A stretch of DNA of 64,000 nucleotides. Source: Ophelia neglecta (lineage: Eukaryota). Under the pieces are notes generated by a model that saw only the letters and a program-made list of their open reading frames with translations, ran no database searches and was not told where the DNA came from. The translations under genes and the position numbers were made by a program. Below, piece by piece: positions 27,738-39,388 of this stretch. Positions within the stretch are counted from its first letter, which is position 1, and each line of letters begins with the position of its first letter. The DNA lies in contig OZ260665.1 in assembly GCA_965285935.1 (NCBI GenBank), positions 49,786,001-49,850,000 on the forward strand. Reading direction: 5' to 3'.

Positions 27738-30099
27738 GCGGGGTGGCGGACAAGGGTCTCCGGCACAACAGGTAGCGGGGGCACGTCCCTCTAACCAAAC
27801 TTCTGGCACGCATGGTTTGTTCGAAAACATGTACAGAAGTTCGGAGGCCGTGTCACGCAGTTCGCCTGACCAGCAGCAGGGGATGTCCGCAGGCTCGGCT
27901 CACCCCCAATACCAGACCCAGCGATCAATTGACCCCTACAAGCCCAGTGCACCTAAGCCTTTTATGTCACAGTTCTCCCATGATGGTTACAATGTTAGTA
28001 ATGTTAACTCTTCTGATTCTCGGCCGATCAATACTCACTCCTACCTGGGATCTACCCCTGATTCTTCCTATCCCATCCACCCCCAATCTTCTCTCAACTC
28101 TTCGCAGTTCTCTCAGTCTCCTTACGGAAGCACAGTAGGCTACTCCGACGATTATAATGCACCCCAATGTGACATTCAGCCACCATCTTACAAAGATGTA
28201 AACTCAAATAGAGATGAGGTTGCTTACTCGGTAGGTGAAAGTAAGTCCAAAGAAATACCCGTACAGTATGATGGCTCTGGGTTTTATCAGCGCGCACAGC
28301 CTGCCCCATCTAGTACCATCTTACCCACAAATCAACCTCCTAGGGGAGCCATTGTTGACCAGCAGCAAATGTACGATAATAGCCAACTGAATGAGCAAGA
28401 TAATCACAGAATGGAACAAGAGTATGCAAAAGATCAAAATAACTATGAACAAGATCATGTCCGTGAACAGACAACAGAGGGTAATTATCGTATTTCTCAG
28501 CAAGGACAAGGTTACAGCCAGCAAAATATACCAAATCAACGGGAACCTGATCATTTTAGTGGATTGTATAATCAAGGAGGACAGCAAAGCTACAGACAAC
28601 CTGGGGACGGGTTAGCAACACAATACCAGAATATGCAGCCAGAGCAGAAAGAGGTCGAATATCATGCCTACAGGCAGCCCGAACAGGGCAGGCCTCAATA
28701 TCATGTTCGACAAGAACAGGATAACCCACAATATCGTGGCTACTTGCCACCGGAAGCATCGCAGCAATATCATGCTTCCCAGACCCCATTATCACATGGG
28801 TCAGATTCCGGTTACCCTTGTACCCCGTCAATGTCTTCATCAGTAAGCGAGCTATCTGATCACTCTTCTGGCCACTCCGAGAGCCGCCAAGGGCCACAGC
28901 AAGCCACAATTACTGGCAGCTACTCATTTGCTCCTACCGATGAAACAATTGAATTTCATCCTGTCATGGCACATCAACAGGCCAAAGAGCCTGACATGTT
29001 TCAGCCTGTTCCAATAGTTGGGAGCCCAGGTGGTCAGAGTCATCAAGCTAGTTATGGCCTGCAAAGGGGTATTCAAAACCGAGGTGACCCAATTCCCCAT
29101 ACCCAAAATAGTTACGAATCGGCCAATGAGTCTTCTCCTGTAGAAGTATATGGAACAGCTATATCTCACTCTCCAGTAGAACCAAGAACACCCGATGAGA
29201 CATTAGAACAGTTTGGGCCTCCAGTAAGCCATGAACCTTCAACTCCCAAGTCTAGTGAGTGTCCACTCCCTCCTCCTCCTCCTCAGCCATATCCAGTCGG
29301 TGAAAGTCAAGCTCAGCAAGAGGCATTTTCTGGTTTGCAAAGACAACAATCACTTCCCCTTCCGCCACAACCACCACCGCTACAAACTCAACAAAGTTAT
29401 CATGGGTATCACAACCAAGATTTTCCACCACCGCCAACACCTGATTCTCCCAGCGTTCCCTCGGCCCCGATGATGCGAGGTGCACCTCCACCGGCTCCAC
29501 CTCTGCCTGACTCCCAGCCCCCCGATTATTCTCCCAACTTAAGCTCGTCCTCTCTAAGCAGTCCCAACCCACCGTCCGCAGATACATGGGCTCCTCCAGC
29601 ACATCACCCCTTAGAACCAAGGAAACAAGAACTAACACTTAATTCGGCATCACCATATGTGCCCTATAGCCACCAACAGCCAGCAGTTCCCCATTCTGCC
29701 AATACACACCAGCCTGCCAGTGCCTATATGACTAACGTACATGATCCTACTTCAGGACAAGCTGCTGGTGTTCCCCCTAGTCCCGGACAAAGTTTTTCGC
29801 CAACTCTTCCCTGGATAAAGTCGGCTTCTACCCAGGACCCTAGTTTAGGCATCCCTGAAGTGTCCGCCCCTACTCTTTTGGAGGAGAATAGAGCAGACCC
29901 GGCCACTGCTGGGCCTTTTGATAAGGCTCCAGCGGATGACGCCCAAACTAAACACGGGCCTCCTCCATCGGCGCCACCCCCGCCGCCGCCGCCACCTCCC
30001 CCACCCCCTCCATTACCACCGAATATATTGTCTGCACCAACAAAATCGTGGAAAGACAAAAACAAACAAGCTGAAAGCCCCAGCTACGAGCCAGTCAAG
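27738..30099 (+). CDS. Gene B exon 3: giant 2362-nt Gln/Ser/Pro-rich low-complexity exon (possible short form 27738-27771)
   Basis: tcttcttgttttcag|G acceptor in phase 2, open through the 784-aa ORF to AAG|gtaatg (phase 0). An internal CAG|gtagcg at 27771 is in the same phase. Confidence 0.88.
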
Positions 30100-30193
30100 G
30101 TAATGATAATGCACGCCTTTCGGTATTGCAGGTCGATTACTTCTAGAATAGACACATTAGCTATATTGTAACAATTGTGTGCAACAGTTGAGC

Positions 30194-30209
30194 TGTCCAT
30201 ATATGGACA
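30194..30209. promoter_or_regulatory. CArG (SRF) box in a 16-bp palindrome, next to E-boxes
   Basis: TGTCCATATATGGACA contains CC(A/T)6GG at 30197-30206; CAGTTG at 30185-30190. Confidence 0.35.
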
Positions 30210-31275
30210 ATAGTCAACTTACAATACCGAGCTTGCAAATAGCATTCACATCCGATTGTTGCACATCTGTCTTGATTGAAAAAACAACTTTTTGGAAAAT
30301 CAAGCACGCCAAAAAATAAGCCAACAACTGACTCCGGAATGCTAATTATATTGTCGTAATTTCTAAGATTTACTTGATATTGTGTGAAATTGTCTAACAA
30401 TCTAAATCTTGTGTTAAAAGCTGCTTTTTTATCGAAATGGAAATCTTCCGGCGTTAAAGATTAGCTGATAAGCCAGGCAGGCTGACTGCGACAGGCCACT
30501 GCTAATCCTCTGTAGACGTTGTAGGGGTCGTTTCTATCTAGAAGTGATATCCATAATTGCACATAGCAAGTTACTTTGTCTCAATAACCGCTACTGAAAC
30601 TAGCATGGTTCTTCGCACTCGTCATCTCTTCTAACCAACTCATGGATCTAACCAACGGTAAAGTTATATGCAATGTTTGTCAGCTCGCAATAAGTTGCTT
30701 CTTCACACACTACATCTGATGAATGTGCTCATTTCTAGTTTGTTCAGAGTACCAGACAACTAGAAATAATACGTGGATTTCTTCATCTACGATTGTGTGG
30801 CTGTACTAGAAACCGCACCGTTAGAATAGTGCACAATAAAAGAGTCGACTAAACACTTGTTACTATACTAGAGATGGTTCAATAGAAAACGTTCGGACAG
30901 TAGCTATTAGTGCTTCTTCTTTCTCTTTTCGCACCAATTTTCCATTTTATTCACCTATCTTTTCCCGAAAAAATACTTGAAAAATATGTGTTTAAGATTA
31001 TTTAAACAACATTTGTCTTCTTCACTTTATTCAATATACTTTTTACTTTTCACCTACTTTGTATTATTATTTAACTATTTCTCCCGACCCTTGCCTTATC
31101 GGCCGCATAGGGGAATAATAAACATACAAATGGTAGTCATGGGCAATTCTTAATAAGCTGCCGATTTTGAACTTAATTTTAAAACTATTTTAAACTGATT
31201 TAACATTTCAAATTATTTTGTTTGTGGGACATTTCAAAAACATTTTAACTCATAATGCGGCTTCATATTTGATAG

Positions 31276-31787
31276 CATCAGCCCTACCAGCAGGTCCAAC
31301 AGCCAACCAGCCCAGGAGGAACAAGGCTGCAACAACAGCTCTCTAACATGGAGATAAACGGACCCCCGAGCTACAACAAAGCTTCCTCTAGTCCCCAACC
31401 TTATGGGGGCGGGGCACCGAGCTACCCTGGCCCCGGGCAGACCCAATACGGAGGGGGAGCCCCAAGCTACCCAAGCCCGGTGCAGGCCCATTACGGTGGA
31501 GGCCAACAGAGCCCTCACAGCCCCTATGGTGGGCCCCAGACCCCGGAGGCTCCAAGTTATGTGGGTAGCCAAGGCCCACAGTATGGGTCTCCTCAGTCAC
31601 CGCAGAGACAGGGTCCACCTTCTCCTAAGAGACTTGGCCCTCAGAGGCATGGACCTCCTGAGCCGACAGAACATCAGGTACCGGACGCCGTCGTGAACGC
31701 ATTTGCAAAGAACCCCGAAAAGAAGCCATTTGCTTACGCTCCCGATATGAGTAGTATTCAAGCACAGAGGGAAAAGGTCAGACGGAG
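31276..31787 (+). CDS. Gene B exon 4: G/P/Y-rich repeats and a KKPFAYAP motif
   Basis: ttgatag|CAT (phase 0), in frame with the 147-aa ORF; ends AG|gtaagc (phase 2). Confidence 0.9.
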
Positions 31788-31898
31788 GTAAGCATCTTTA
31801 TCGTATAGAAGGTGGCCATATATGACTGATCGTTCTCTATCACGGGATTTTCAAAATTGCGTTATAAAGCAATTATCGTTTGCCTCACTTCCTTACAG

Positions 31899-32126
31899 AC
31901 CGCCCAATGCGCATATGCCTCGGTACCAGGAAGCTTTGAACCTTCCTTCTTTTGATGACCGCCCAGTCCACAAACCAAAGGGTGCTACTCAGACGCCGGA
32001 GCAACCCCAAGATAATGCCTCGATGGTGTCCAATATGCAGTACAATACCCCCTTGAATATGTACTCAGAAGACGCTGTTGTTGAAGCATTTGAAGGACAG
32101 ACTGGGGCAAATGTCACTGGTGTCGG
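31899..32126 (+). CDS. Gene B exon 5: ZM (Zasp-like) motif
   Basis: ccttacag|A ... GG|gtaggt; contains VSNMQYNTPLNMYSEDAV, matching the QYNxPxxxYS ZM pattern. Confidence 0.92.
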
Positions 32127-32382
32127 GTAGGTAATAAAGAGCATACACAACACCGAGTTTTGATGATGGAGTGGGCATACTTCAAGTGGTAGATAGATGG
32201 ATGAGGACATAGATAATGTGGCAGACATGTAAAGCAAAATGTCCCATTGTTATATAAGCCCTCTTTGTCACAGATATATTGCAAGTTCCATGCTGCGCTT
32301 TAAAACCTACTACCAAGAAATGTAGCAAATTGGGGATTTTTCTTTTTGTTATTGTAAAGAGGTCAACTTCTATTCATTGCAG

Positions 32383-32486
32383 ACAGAAGAAAGGAGAGCC
32401 AGATGTGACACAATCGGCGACTTATAGAATGATTCACGGCCTCGACAAGCACAAACCACGCCCTAAAATTGGCCTGCCTGACGAAT
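32383..32486 (+). CDS. Gene B exon 6
   Basis: cattgcag|A ... T|gtaagt (phase 2 to 1). QKKGEPDVTQSATYRMIHGLDKHKPRPKIGLPDE; SATYRMI resembles the ALP-family SxVYxML linker motif. Confidence 0.9.
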
Positions 32487-33283
32487 GTAAGTGGCAATGT
32501 AGCAGTAAATTAAGCACTATATTGAAAAATGGGTTTTGGAAATTTTTAGGGACAAGACAGTTATAAAATCGATACCACGCTTTCGTCTGCGAGCATGCCG
32601 CTTAGTTAGTGAAGTTAGCTTGGGGCTTTTTTGAACTTCGTTCATAGCCTTTAGTTTAACGAAATTTGCATGGTAGACAATTTTTCATTCATCACCAAGG
32701 CATCAATAACAAAACGGACGTTAGACCAAATATTTTCCCAATCAGTATTCTATTGATTTATTACTTAATAGCAACGGGTTCTCCTCAGAACATTGATATC
32801 CCGATAACACCTGGATAACGCCCGATAACACACAACTTCTAACATTAATTTTGCCATCATATATTCGATTTTATTTTATATGGTGCTAAGGAGACGCGGG
32901 TATCATTTCGTGTTCTGTATTATAAATTACTTTAGTGGCTGCTGGTAGCTTTAATAGGGGAAGGTCATCCATACATCCACACTGCACGATACCAAATCGA
33001 TGGTAATTCAAATTCGCATATAAAAAAACTAAGCTTCACTTTTCGTTGCGTAATTTCAACCAGAATAAAGAGTTATTCGGCTTTTGAGATATGAAACCCC
33101 TCCGAAAATATTCACATGTTTGTTATCCCATAAATTTATCCGCACATGATAACCAAGTATATTTTAAAATCCAGCACTTCTTCTAATATGATGCACCAAA
33201 CATAACCATCACTCCATCCTATTCACCTAAACATCTCCTGCATATTAACCACCGCTTTGATTTGTTTTGCGCTTTGCAATTAG

Positions 33284-33445
33284 CCTATGAACGGGCGCCA
33301 AGAGGACCAACGTCAGACGACGAGCTCAAATTTACTGGTGTCAACCGACAAAGCACCATACCATCTAGGTCCTTCCAGATGGTACAGCAAATGACGAAAA
33401 ACACGCCAGAAGATTCTGGCGTGGACACGACCTCCCTATATCCAG
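33284..33445 (+). CDS. Gene B exon 7: type-A repeat 1
   Basis: 162 nt, phase 1-1; LKFTGVNRQSTIPSRSFQMVQQMT; G|gtgaga donor. Confidence 0.9.
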
Positions 33446-33632
33446 GTGAGATGGTGGCCATTGCAGACAGGTCAACCTTGCAGAGTCCGAAGTTCAACCG
33501 TACCCACGTCGCATGAAACCAATCGTTTTTATAAGCTAAAAACATCAGGCATAATTATAACAAAGAAGTTGAAGGGTCTCTAAAAATGTCTCTAGCAGGC
33601 TCTTGGGATCATAAGAGATGATTACTTTGCAG

Positions 33633-33776
33633 GTGGTCATGCAGAAAGTGGGGTAGACACGCAACCCATTGGCGACTATGACCAGAAGTCTATCAGATAC
33701 GTAGGGAAGAACATCCCCTCAAAGTCGTTTAGAATGCTCCAGAACCTCACAGGTGGAGAGCCGGAGCCTCTTAATG
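33633..33776 (+). CDS. Gene B exon 8: type-A repeat 2 (missed by the ORF track)
   Basis: 144 nt, phase 1-1; IRYVGKNIPSKSFRMLQNLT; tttgcag| acceptor and |gtagga donor. Confidence 0.92.
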
Positions 33777-33900
33777 GTAGGACCTCCTCTAGTTTGAATG
33801 ATAAAAGGTTCACACGGATTAATCATGTTTTCTTATCATGAAGCATTATATAATCTGGTTCTTTGATGTCAGTATAACGGTATGTTTATGAAATTTGCAG

Positions 33901-34095
33901 AAAGTGCACCTAATCAACAACAACAGAAGTCCAGAAGAAGAAGACCACCGAACCAACCCCAGAACCCTAACTATTATTCAGATGATGCACAAGATTCAGA
34001 CGGTGGCATAGACAAACTTAGTTATGTTGGTGGCAACATCCCGTCCCGATCTTTCAAGTTACTGCAACACGGTCTGGGAGATGATCAACATAATG
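33901..34095 (+). CDS. Gene B exon 9: type-A repeat 3
   Basis: 195 nt, phase 1-1; LSYVGGNIPSRSFKLLQHGL. Confidence 0.92.
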
Positions 34096-34810
34096 GTTGG
34101 TATCCATAAAATTATAGTCATTTTACAGGTTGATTACTTTTGAAATAGAAGGTTAAGCTTGTTCTTTTAAAAATTAAGTAGTGGTATGCATTAATTTTGA
34201 GTGTCTTAACCCTATTAAATCATGTTATAAGTTTTGATATTTTGGAATTTTTGAAATAAACTTTATTGCTGCTAACATAGTAGATGAATGTCACCAAATT
34301 CCAATGTGATTAAGCGCACATTTAAATTTTACTAGTTACGCTCAGTTTATTTTCGTTGCCCTAACAGTTTCCCCAATATGTGTCTTGTATTTTTGCAATC
34401 CTCATTGTAACACAACAAAAGCAATGTTATCTCCGCACACTTCTGAACAACCTAACTTCAAAATCTGAAGCAACTTATGCATTTAAGTCACGATTTGTCA
34501 CAATATATGTTTTGTTCTGCATTGCTTTTGTTATGTTCTCATTGGCAAGTCATCTATCTTTTTTGTCAACCCTTGCTTTCATATCATGTCCAGTTCAAGG
34601 TTTTATGCTTTCAAAATTTGGTATATTACAAACAAGGCATGCATGTTGAAACATTTGCCTTTAAATATTGGGCAACGCGATATTTCATCTAAATAAATGT
34701 CCAAATTATTTCGAAATGAATTCTGCTGTAAAACCATAAAGCCTGTTGTTCGATAAGTCCCGATTGGCTGATTCCCCGATCTGAGTACGCCTATTCTTTT
34801 TCTCACACAG

Positions 34811-34929
34811 CACCCTCTCCTCCACCTAATGGGAACGCCCCCGGCCAAGGACGCACTGTAAAGGTCGTTCGTTTACGTGCCCAAAATCAACCGCAAGCGC
34901 CGGATGACGATGGCTGCACAGACTTCTAG
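34811..34929 (+). CDS. Gene B alternative last exon 10a (short isoform; missed by the ORF track)
   Basis: Strong acceptor ttctttttctcacacag|; APSPPPNGNAPGQGRTVKVVRLRAQNQPQAPDDDGCTDF*. AATAAA at 35521, 35802 and 35933. Confidence 0.88.
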
Positions 34930-35520
34930 TTTGCGCATTTCACGTGTTACGTCAGCCACCACGTGATCAGCGTTGAACCAATGAATAGTCCATTGTGTTT
35001 TCAGAAGCTCAGAAGCTTTTGTATACCTTTCTTTTGACGGAATAGCTTACTGGTTTCATGGTGCAAATTACAACATGATATGTGCAAAAGTCATGTCACA
35101 TATTCAATTTAAACAAGGATACATCCATAGTTTCTGTGCATGGCCCATATGGAGAATAGGATTATGTTTATAAATTGTGCCAAGCCATACGAAATGGACT
35201 AAAGAAAATGGATACCATCAAAGGGATTCTTTTCCTGCAGTATTCTTTGTAAAAATGATATAGCGTATGGATTGCCACATAACTGCATGACTATCTGTGA
35301 ATGATGTGCATTGTATGTGCTTGAGTGCTGTGAATTCTTATATGAGTCACCCTTGATGTCACTTCTCACTTGATGACGTTACTTTGGTATTTGACCTACT
35401 GAAATAGTTTATTCAATTTGATTGAGACAAGTTTCAATCACTTTGAATGAATGCCAATTTACCATAATTTATTGTACTGTTAAATATGCACCACTCTTTC
35501 TTCGAGTGGTTTTTTATCAA

Positions 35521-35938
35521 AATAAAACAAGAAACTTCCCATGAATTTAGGTGCGAAACTGCGTGGTCAATAGTTAATGACACAAATTATTTATTTGTTT
35601 TTTTTTCATATGAAAAAAAGTAGGCAAATTTTATAACCATATGAGTAACTTGTTAGATGTAGGATTGTTTGCTTGCCGACATCATTTGATGTCGTTTTAA
35701 CATTGTTGATGTATTATGGACAACTTTTACAATTTGAAATTTTCACTCCACTCTCTTCAATTGTACCTTCATAATCTGCTGTAAAATTGCCTTTATGCAA
35801 AAATAAACTTCAGTTTTGTTTTCAAGAAATCTGGTTTTTCGCATATTACCCAAATAGGCATCTGGTGGCTTTGAAGCAATTTATGTTATAGATTGTGTTT
35901 TACTTAAGTAATTTATGTTAACTTGAAATTACAATAAA
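35521..35938 (+). terminator. Candidate polyadenylation signals of the short isoform
   Basis: AATAAA at 35521-35526, 35802-35807 and 35933-35938, downstream of the 34929 stop; which one is used is unknown. Confidence 0.45.
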
Positions 35939-36696
35939 GAAAATACATTGGGTAGATTTAAGTTAGAATGTTTAGATTTGTGAAATAGACTTAAACATAA
36001 CGAAACGTACATTGACTGTACAAGTCACGACTTAACATGACATTATATGTAATATTATTTTAGGGGTAGGAAAATTGAATTATGAAAAGTATTTTAGGGG
36101 TAGGCAAATTGAAATATTAGAATTAGTTTTAATACCAAAGTAAAATGGCGGCTTAACGCTACGGACAAAGGACGACGCCCTTCCACCCCGCCAGATCACA
36201 TCTCCCTATGAACCTTTAAAATATATACAAGTTTTAACTGCATTCACAGTAAAGTCTTTGCAAAAAATAAATAAAAATTGTCACATTAGAGTAATTTTGT
36301 TTTGAATAAATGCTTTCTGAGTGTGAACACATAAAACCTCATAAAACAATAAGGACAATTTCGTGTAAGTTATATGGCTAGCATCAAATTACATGTCCCA
36401 AATCCATAACTATGCTCTCTTTGGACTGATATCACTGAGGAAACATCAATAGTTTTTCATTGTTCCCTAAAACAAATGACACTGTCCTTGTGCTACAAAA
36501 TAGGTCCCTCCCTTTAGAGAATGCATCACTGAAATGACCTGTTTCAAACAACGCGGCCAGCGTCACCATCTGAAAGGGTATTCGCATTGCAAAGTTAAAT
36601 AAGTGATACTATTTGAAGAGAACATAAAAACAACCAATCATTGCAGTAAAGTGAGAAGAACAGTATAGGTAAATATTTAGTCATTTTCTTATCCAG

Positions 36697-36843
36697 AAGC
36701 AAAGTTGGGTACTGGCGAGTACAGCGATGACGAAGACACTGGTTATCCCATGGACAAGATGTGCTATTTGGGTAAAGACGTTCCTTCTAAGGCCTTTCAA
36801 TTAATACAAGGGGTATATGCTCCAGACTCCTCGGATGCTAAAG
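36697..36843 (+). CDS. Gene B exon 10b: type-A repeat 4 (long isoform)
   Basis: 147 nt, phase 1-1; DKMCYLGKDVPSKAFQLIQGV. Confidence 0.88.
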
Positions 36844-36961
36844 GTAATTGTTCATACATCCTTCCACTTTTTAATAAAGTAATAATTCATAGCGCGTTAA
36901 TATCCATGTAGTATGCAAATATACAAACTGGTTGCCACTACATCCGCTGGGTTGTTTCTAG

Positions 36962-37117
36962 TTGTGGCCAGCGAGAGAAGACTTCGTCGTCGACGTCAGA
37001 AGTCACATGATGCCGAAAAAGATGAGGATGATGAGACTAGCGCCTTCGACGAGCAGGCATATCTGTCTGGCCAAGTGCCTATTGTCAGTGGGGAGGCCAA
37101 ACCAAGACCTCTAAGAG
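36962..37117 (+). CDS. Gene B exon 11: type-B repeat
   Basis: 156 nt, phase 1-1; FDEQAYLSGQVPIVSG; G|gtaaga donor. Confidence 0.87.
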
Positions 37118-38503
37118 GTAAGAGAGCATGCCTCCTGTTGTAAATAGCATCTTCAGAATGGATACGTTAATTAAATACAACTCTACACATCTGCCTACGA
37201 AAAAGTGGCAGCGGATTCGCATAAGACAAAGAGAAATCACCAATCAAGTAAAAACCGTTGAATAGGCAGATGCAGGAGGCGTCAGACGCGAGGTACCAAT
37301 TCCTTATTTCAAAATTGTAAATATGTATGTTAAGAAACATTTGGAGGAACTTGCATATTTTGCATCGTATTATTGTCCATCCCTATATACGGCTCGCATG
37401 ACACCTAAAAGACATTTTGCATACGGGCTGTGTGAAAACAACGGGAATTGGTACCCGCGAGACAAAACAAAAAGATTAACCATGAAACGTCCATTAAATT
37501 GGTCGAAATTCACTAGGAACAACCGGCCACAGCCACAGAAAACTTGACCCCACTTTCTGGAGAGCACATAATACAATGAAACACTCGGGTTTTTTTAAAG
37601 TCATATACAAACAACCAATTGCTATCATAATTATAAGCGGTGTTTTAATTTATGCATTCTGTCGATAAAAAAAGGTCCTTACATTATATGTTTTGTATTC
37701 AAACATTATTTATTTTTTCTTTGATGATCACATAGTGTCATTATACATTGCCGCAATGTGCAACAGTTTTTCATGCGGTGATCACATAAAAACGGGTCAG
37801 TGGCTAAGGCAGAACAATTATGAAATATTCCATAAGAGGGAGTATATTACGGATTTAGCTCATTCACAAATTTGAGACTTAGGATGGATGAGTCTAAGAA
37901 ACACAACACAACAGATTGATGTATATAGACATCGCATCCTCAAGAGAATATACAAATCCTCAATTATGTAAAAAAAAAAGTGATGTAATAACTGATAAAT
38001 CAACAAAGTCAACCTATCACAACTGCATCTGAAACATATGATGCTGCTTCAGTATGAATGCATATTGGCTTTAGCCCTAGGACGAGCGGAATATATTTTA
38101 CTTAAAGGCATTGCAGTCTTTTACTGCGAATGTTTTAAAACAAGGGCAACTAGAAACCATACAAGTGCAACCTATAACAGTGACCTTGAATATTTACTGA
38201 CTCTCTTACGTCTGATAAAATCATTTATAGTATAACATATGCATGGATATAGTACTATATGCATCGTGAGGATGGATTTAAGACTAGCATAAAAACAGCA
38301 CCCCACCAGCCACATCCTTTAAAAAGATTAATTTTTAACACAAATCTGCGCAAGTTCTCATGTAACATATAATTAGCTTTAAGTGGAACATGTTCAAGAC
38401 TGCAGTGAGTGCCTTGTAGTAGATAACAAGCTTCATTAGTTATTATTGCGTCTTTGTTTTACAGCAGGCTAATAAGACATAATTAGTTGTTATCTTTTGA
38501 CAG

Positions 38504-38650
38504 AGGCGCTTATCGATGAACAAGAACACCAGGATGAGGAGGAGGGGGAGGCGGACAAATACAAACAACCTTTCGACGAAAACGAGTATTTGTCTGGGAA
38601 GGTCAGTTTCCTAGGTAATGAACCAAAAGGATTTGACAGAGCAAAAAGTG
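38504..38650 (+). CDS. Gene B exon 12: type-B repeat
   Basis: 147 nt, phase 1-1; KQPFDENEYLSGKVSFLG. Confidence 0.87.
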
Positions 38651-38754
38651 GTACGTTTAGTTTACTCCTCGCAATTTGAACTATCCTAAATCGTTTAATT
38701 GATTTATTAAACTCGTAATCTGACACTAGCTTATCATTCACTGATACTTCACAG

Positions 38755-38841
38755 AACCAGATGAAAAGCCCGAGTGGGTAAACAAATCTTCCAAGATGAA
38801 GAACATCGATGAAAACACTTTTCCCAGAAGCAATAGGGAAG
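38755..38841 (+). CDS. Gene B exon 13: short type-B variant (missed by the ORF track)
   Basis: 87 nt, phase 1-1; EPDEKPEWVNKSSKMKNIDENTFPRSNRE. Confidence 0.82.
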
Positions 38842-39017
38842 GTATAGACTCACTTGTTTCACAGGAAATGTTGACTAGTTAAATGCCCCATTTGAGTTTT
38901 GTGTCGGTACATGATCACTTAGTAGAAACTTAGTTTTCCTCGTTAATAGCCTAAGCATCAAACAAAACCTGCACATAAATATGTCTGCATCAAGCTGTCT
39001 TTGACAATTTATAACAG

Positions 39018-39110
39018 AGCACGATGAGCAACCCGATTGGGTCAAGAAAACAACGCAAATGAAATCACAACAATTTGATGAAAGCACATTTGTGAAAACG
39101 GCCCATGAAA
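39018..39110 (+). CDS. Gene B exon 14: short type-B variant (missed by the ORF track)
   Basis: 93 nt, phase 1-1; EHDEQPDWVKKTTQMKSQQFDESTFVKTAHE. Confidence 0.85.
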
Positions 39111-39295
39111 GTATGTTAAAATTAAAAAGGTGTGATTAGATTAGCTGCACTGTTTTAATTCATTCGAGCTGTTTGGAGTGTGAGTATACGTACTGTGTGT
39201 GGATAGCTTGTTTGTCGGACACGTTTGTTTTGTTTTCTACCTTCTTAAAGATATAATACGAATTTCACAAGGGTTCTTATTGAAATCCATAACAG

Positions 39296-39388
39296 AAGCA
39301 GGGGACCAGCCGGACTGGATTAAGAAAACGGAGCTAATAAAGTCTAAACCCTTTGACGAAAGTGCCTTTGTTAGAAGTGACACTGAAC
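39296..39388 (+). CDS. Gene B exon 15: short type-B variant
   Basis: 93 nt, phase 1-1; AGDQPDWIKKTELIKSKPFDESAFVRSDTE. Confidence 0.85.

Noticed and set aside
27967-30065. Antisense and alternative-frame ORFs over exon 3
   Set aside because: Shadow ORFs of a GC-richer, proline-coding exon with no domain features.
27817-30171. 784-aa ORF as a standalone intronless gene
   Set aside because: It starts at TTG, the frame is open back to a strong acceptor at 27738, and a donor at 30099 precedes the stop. It is an internal exon.
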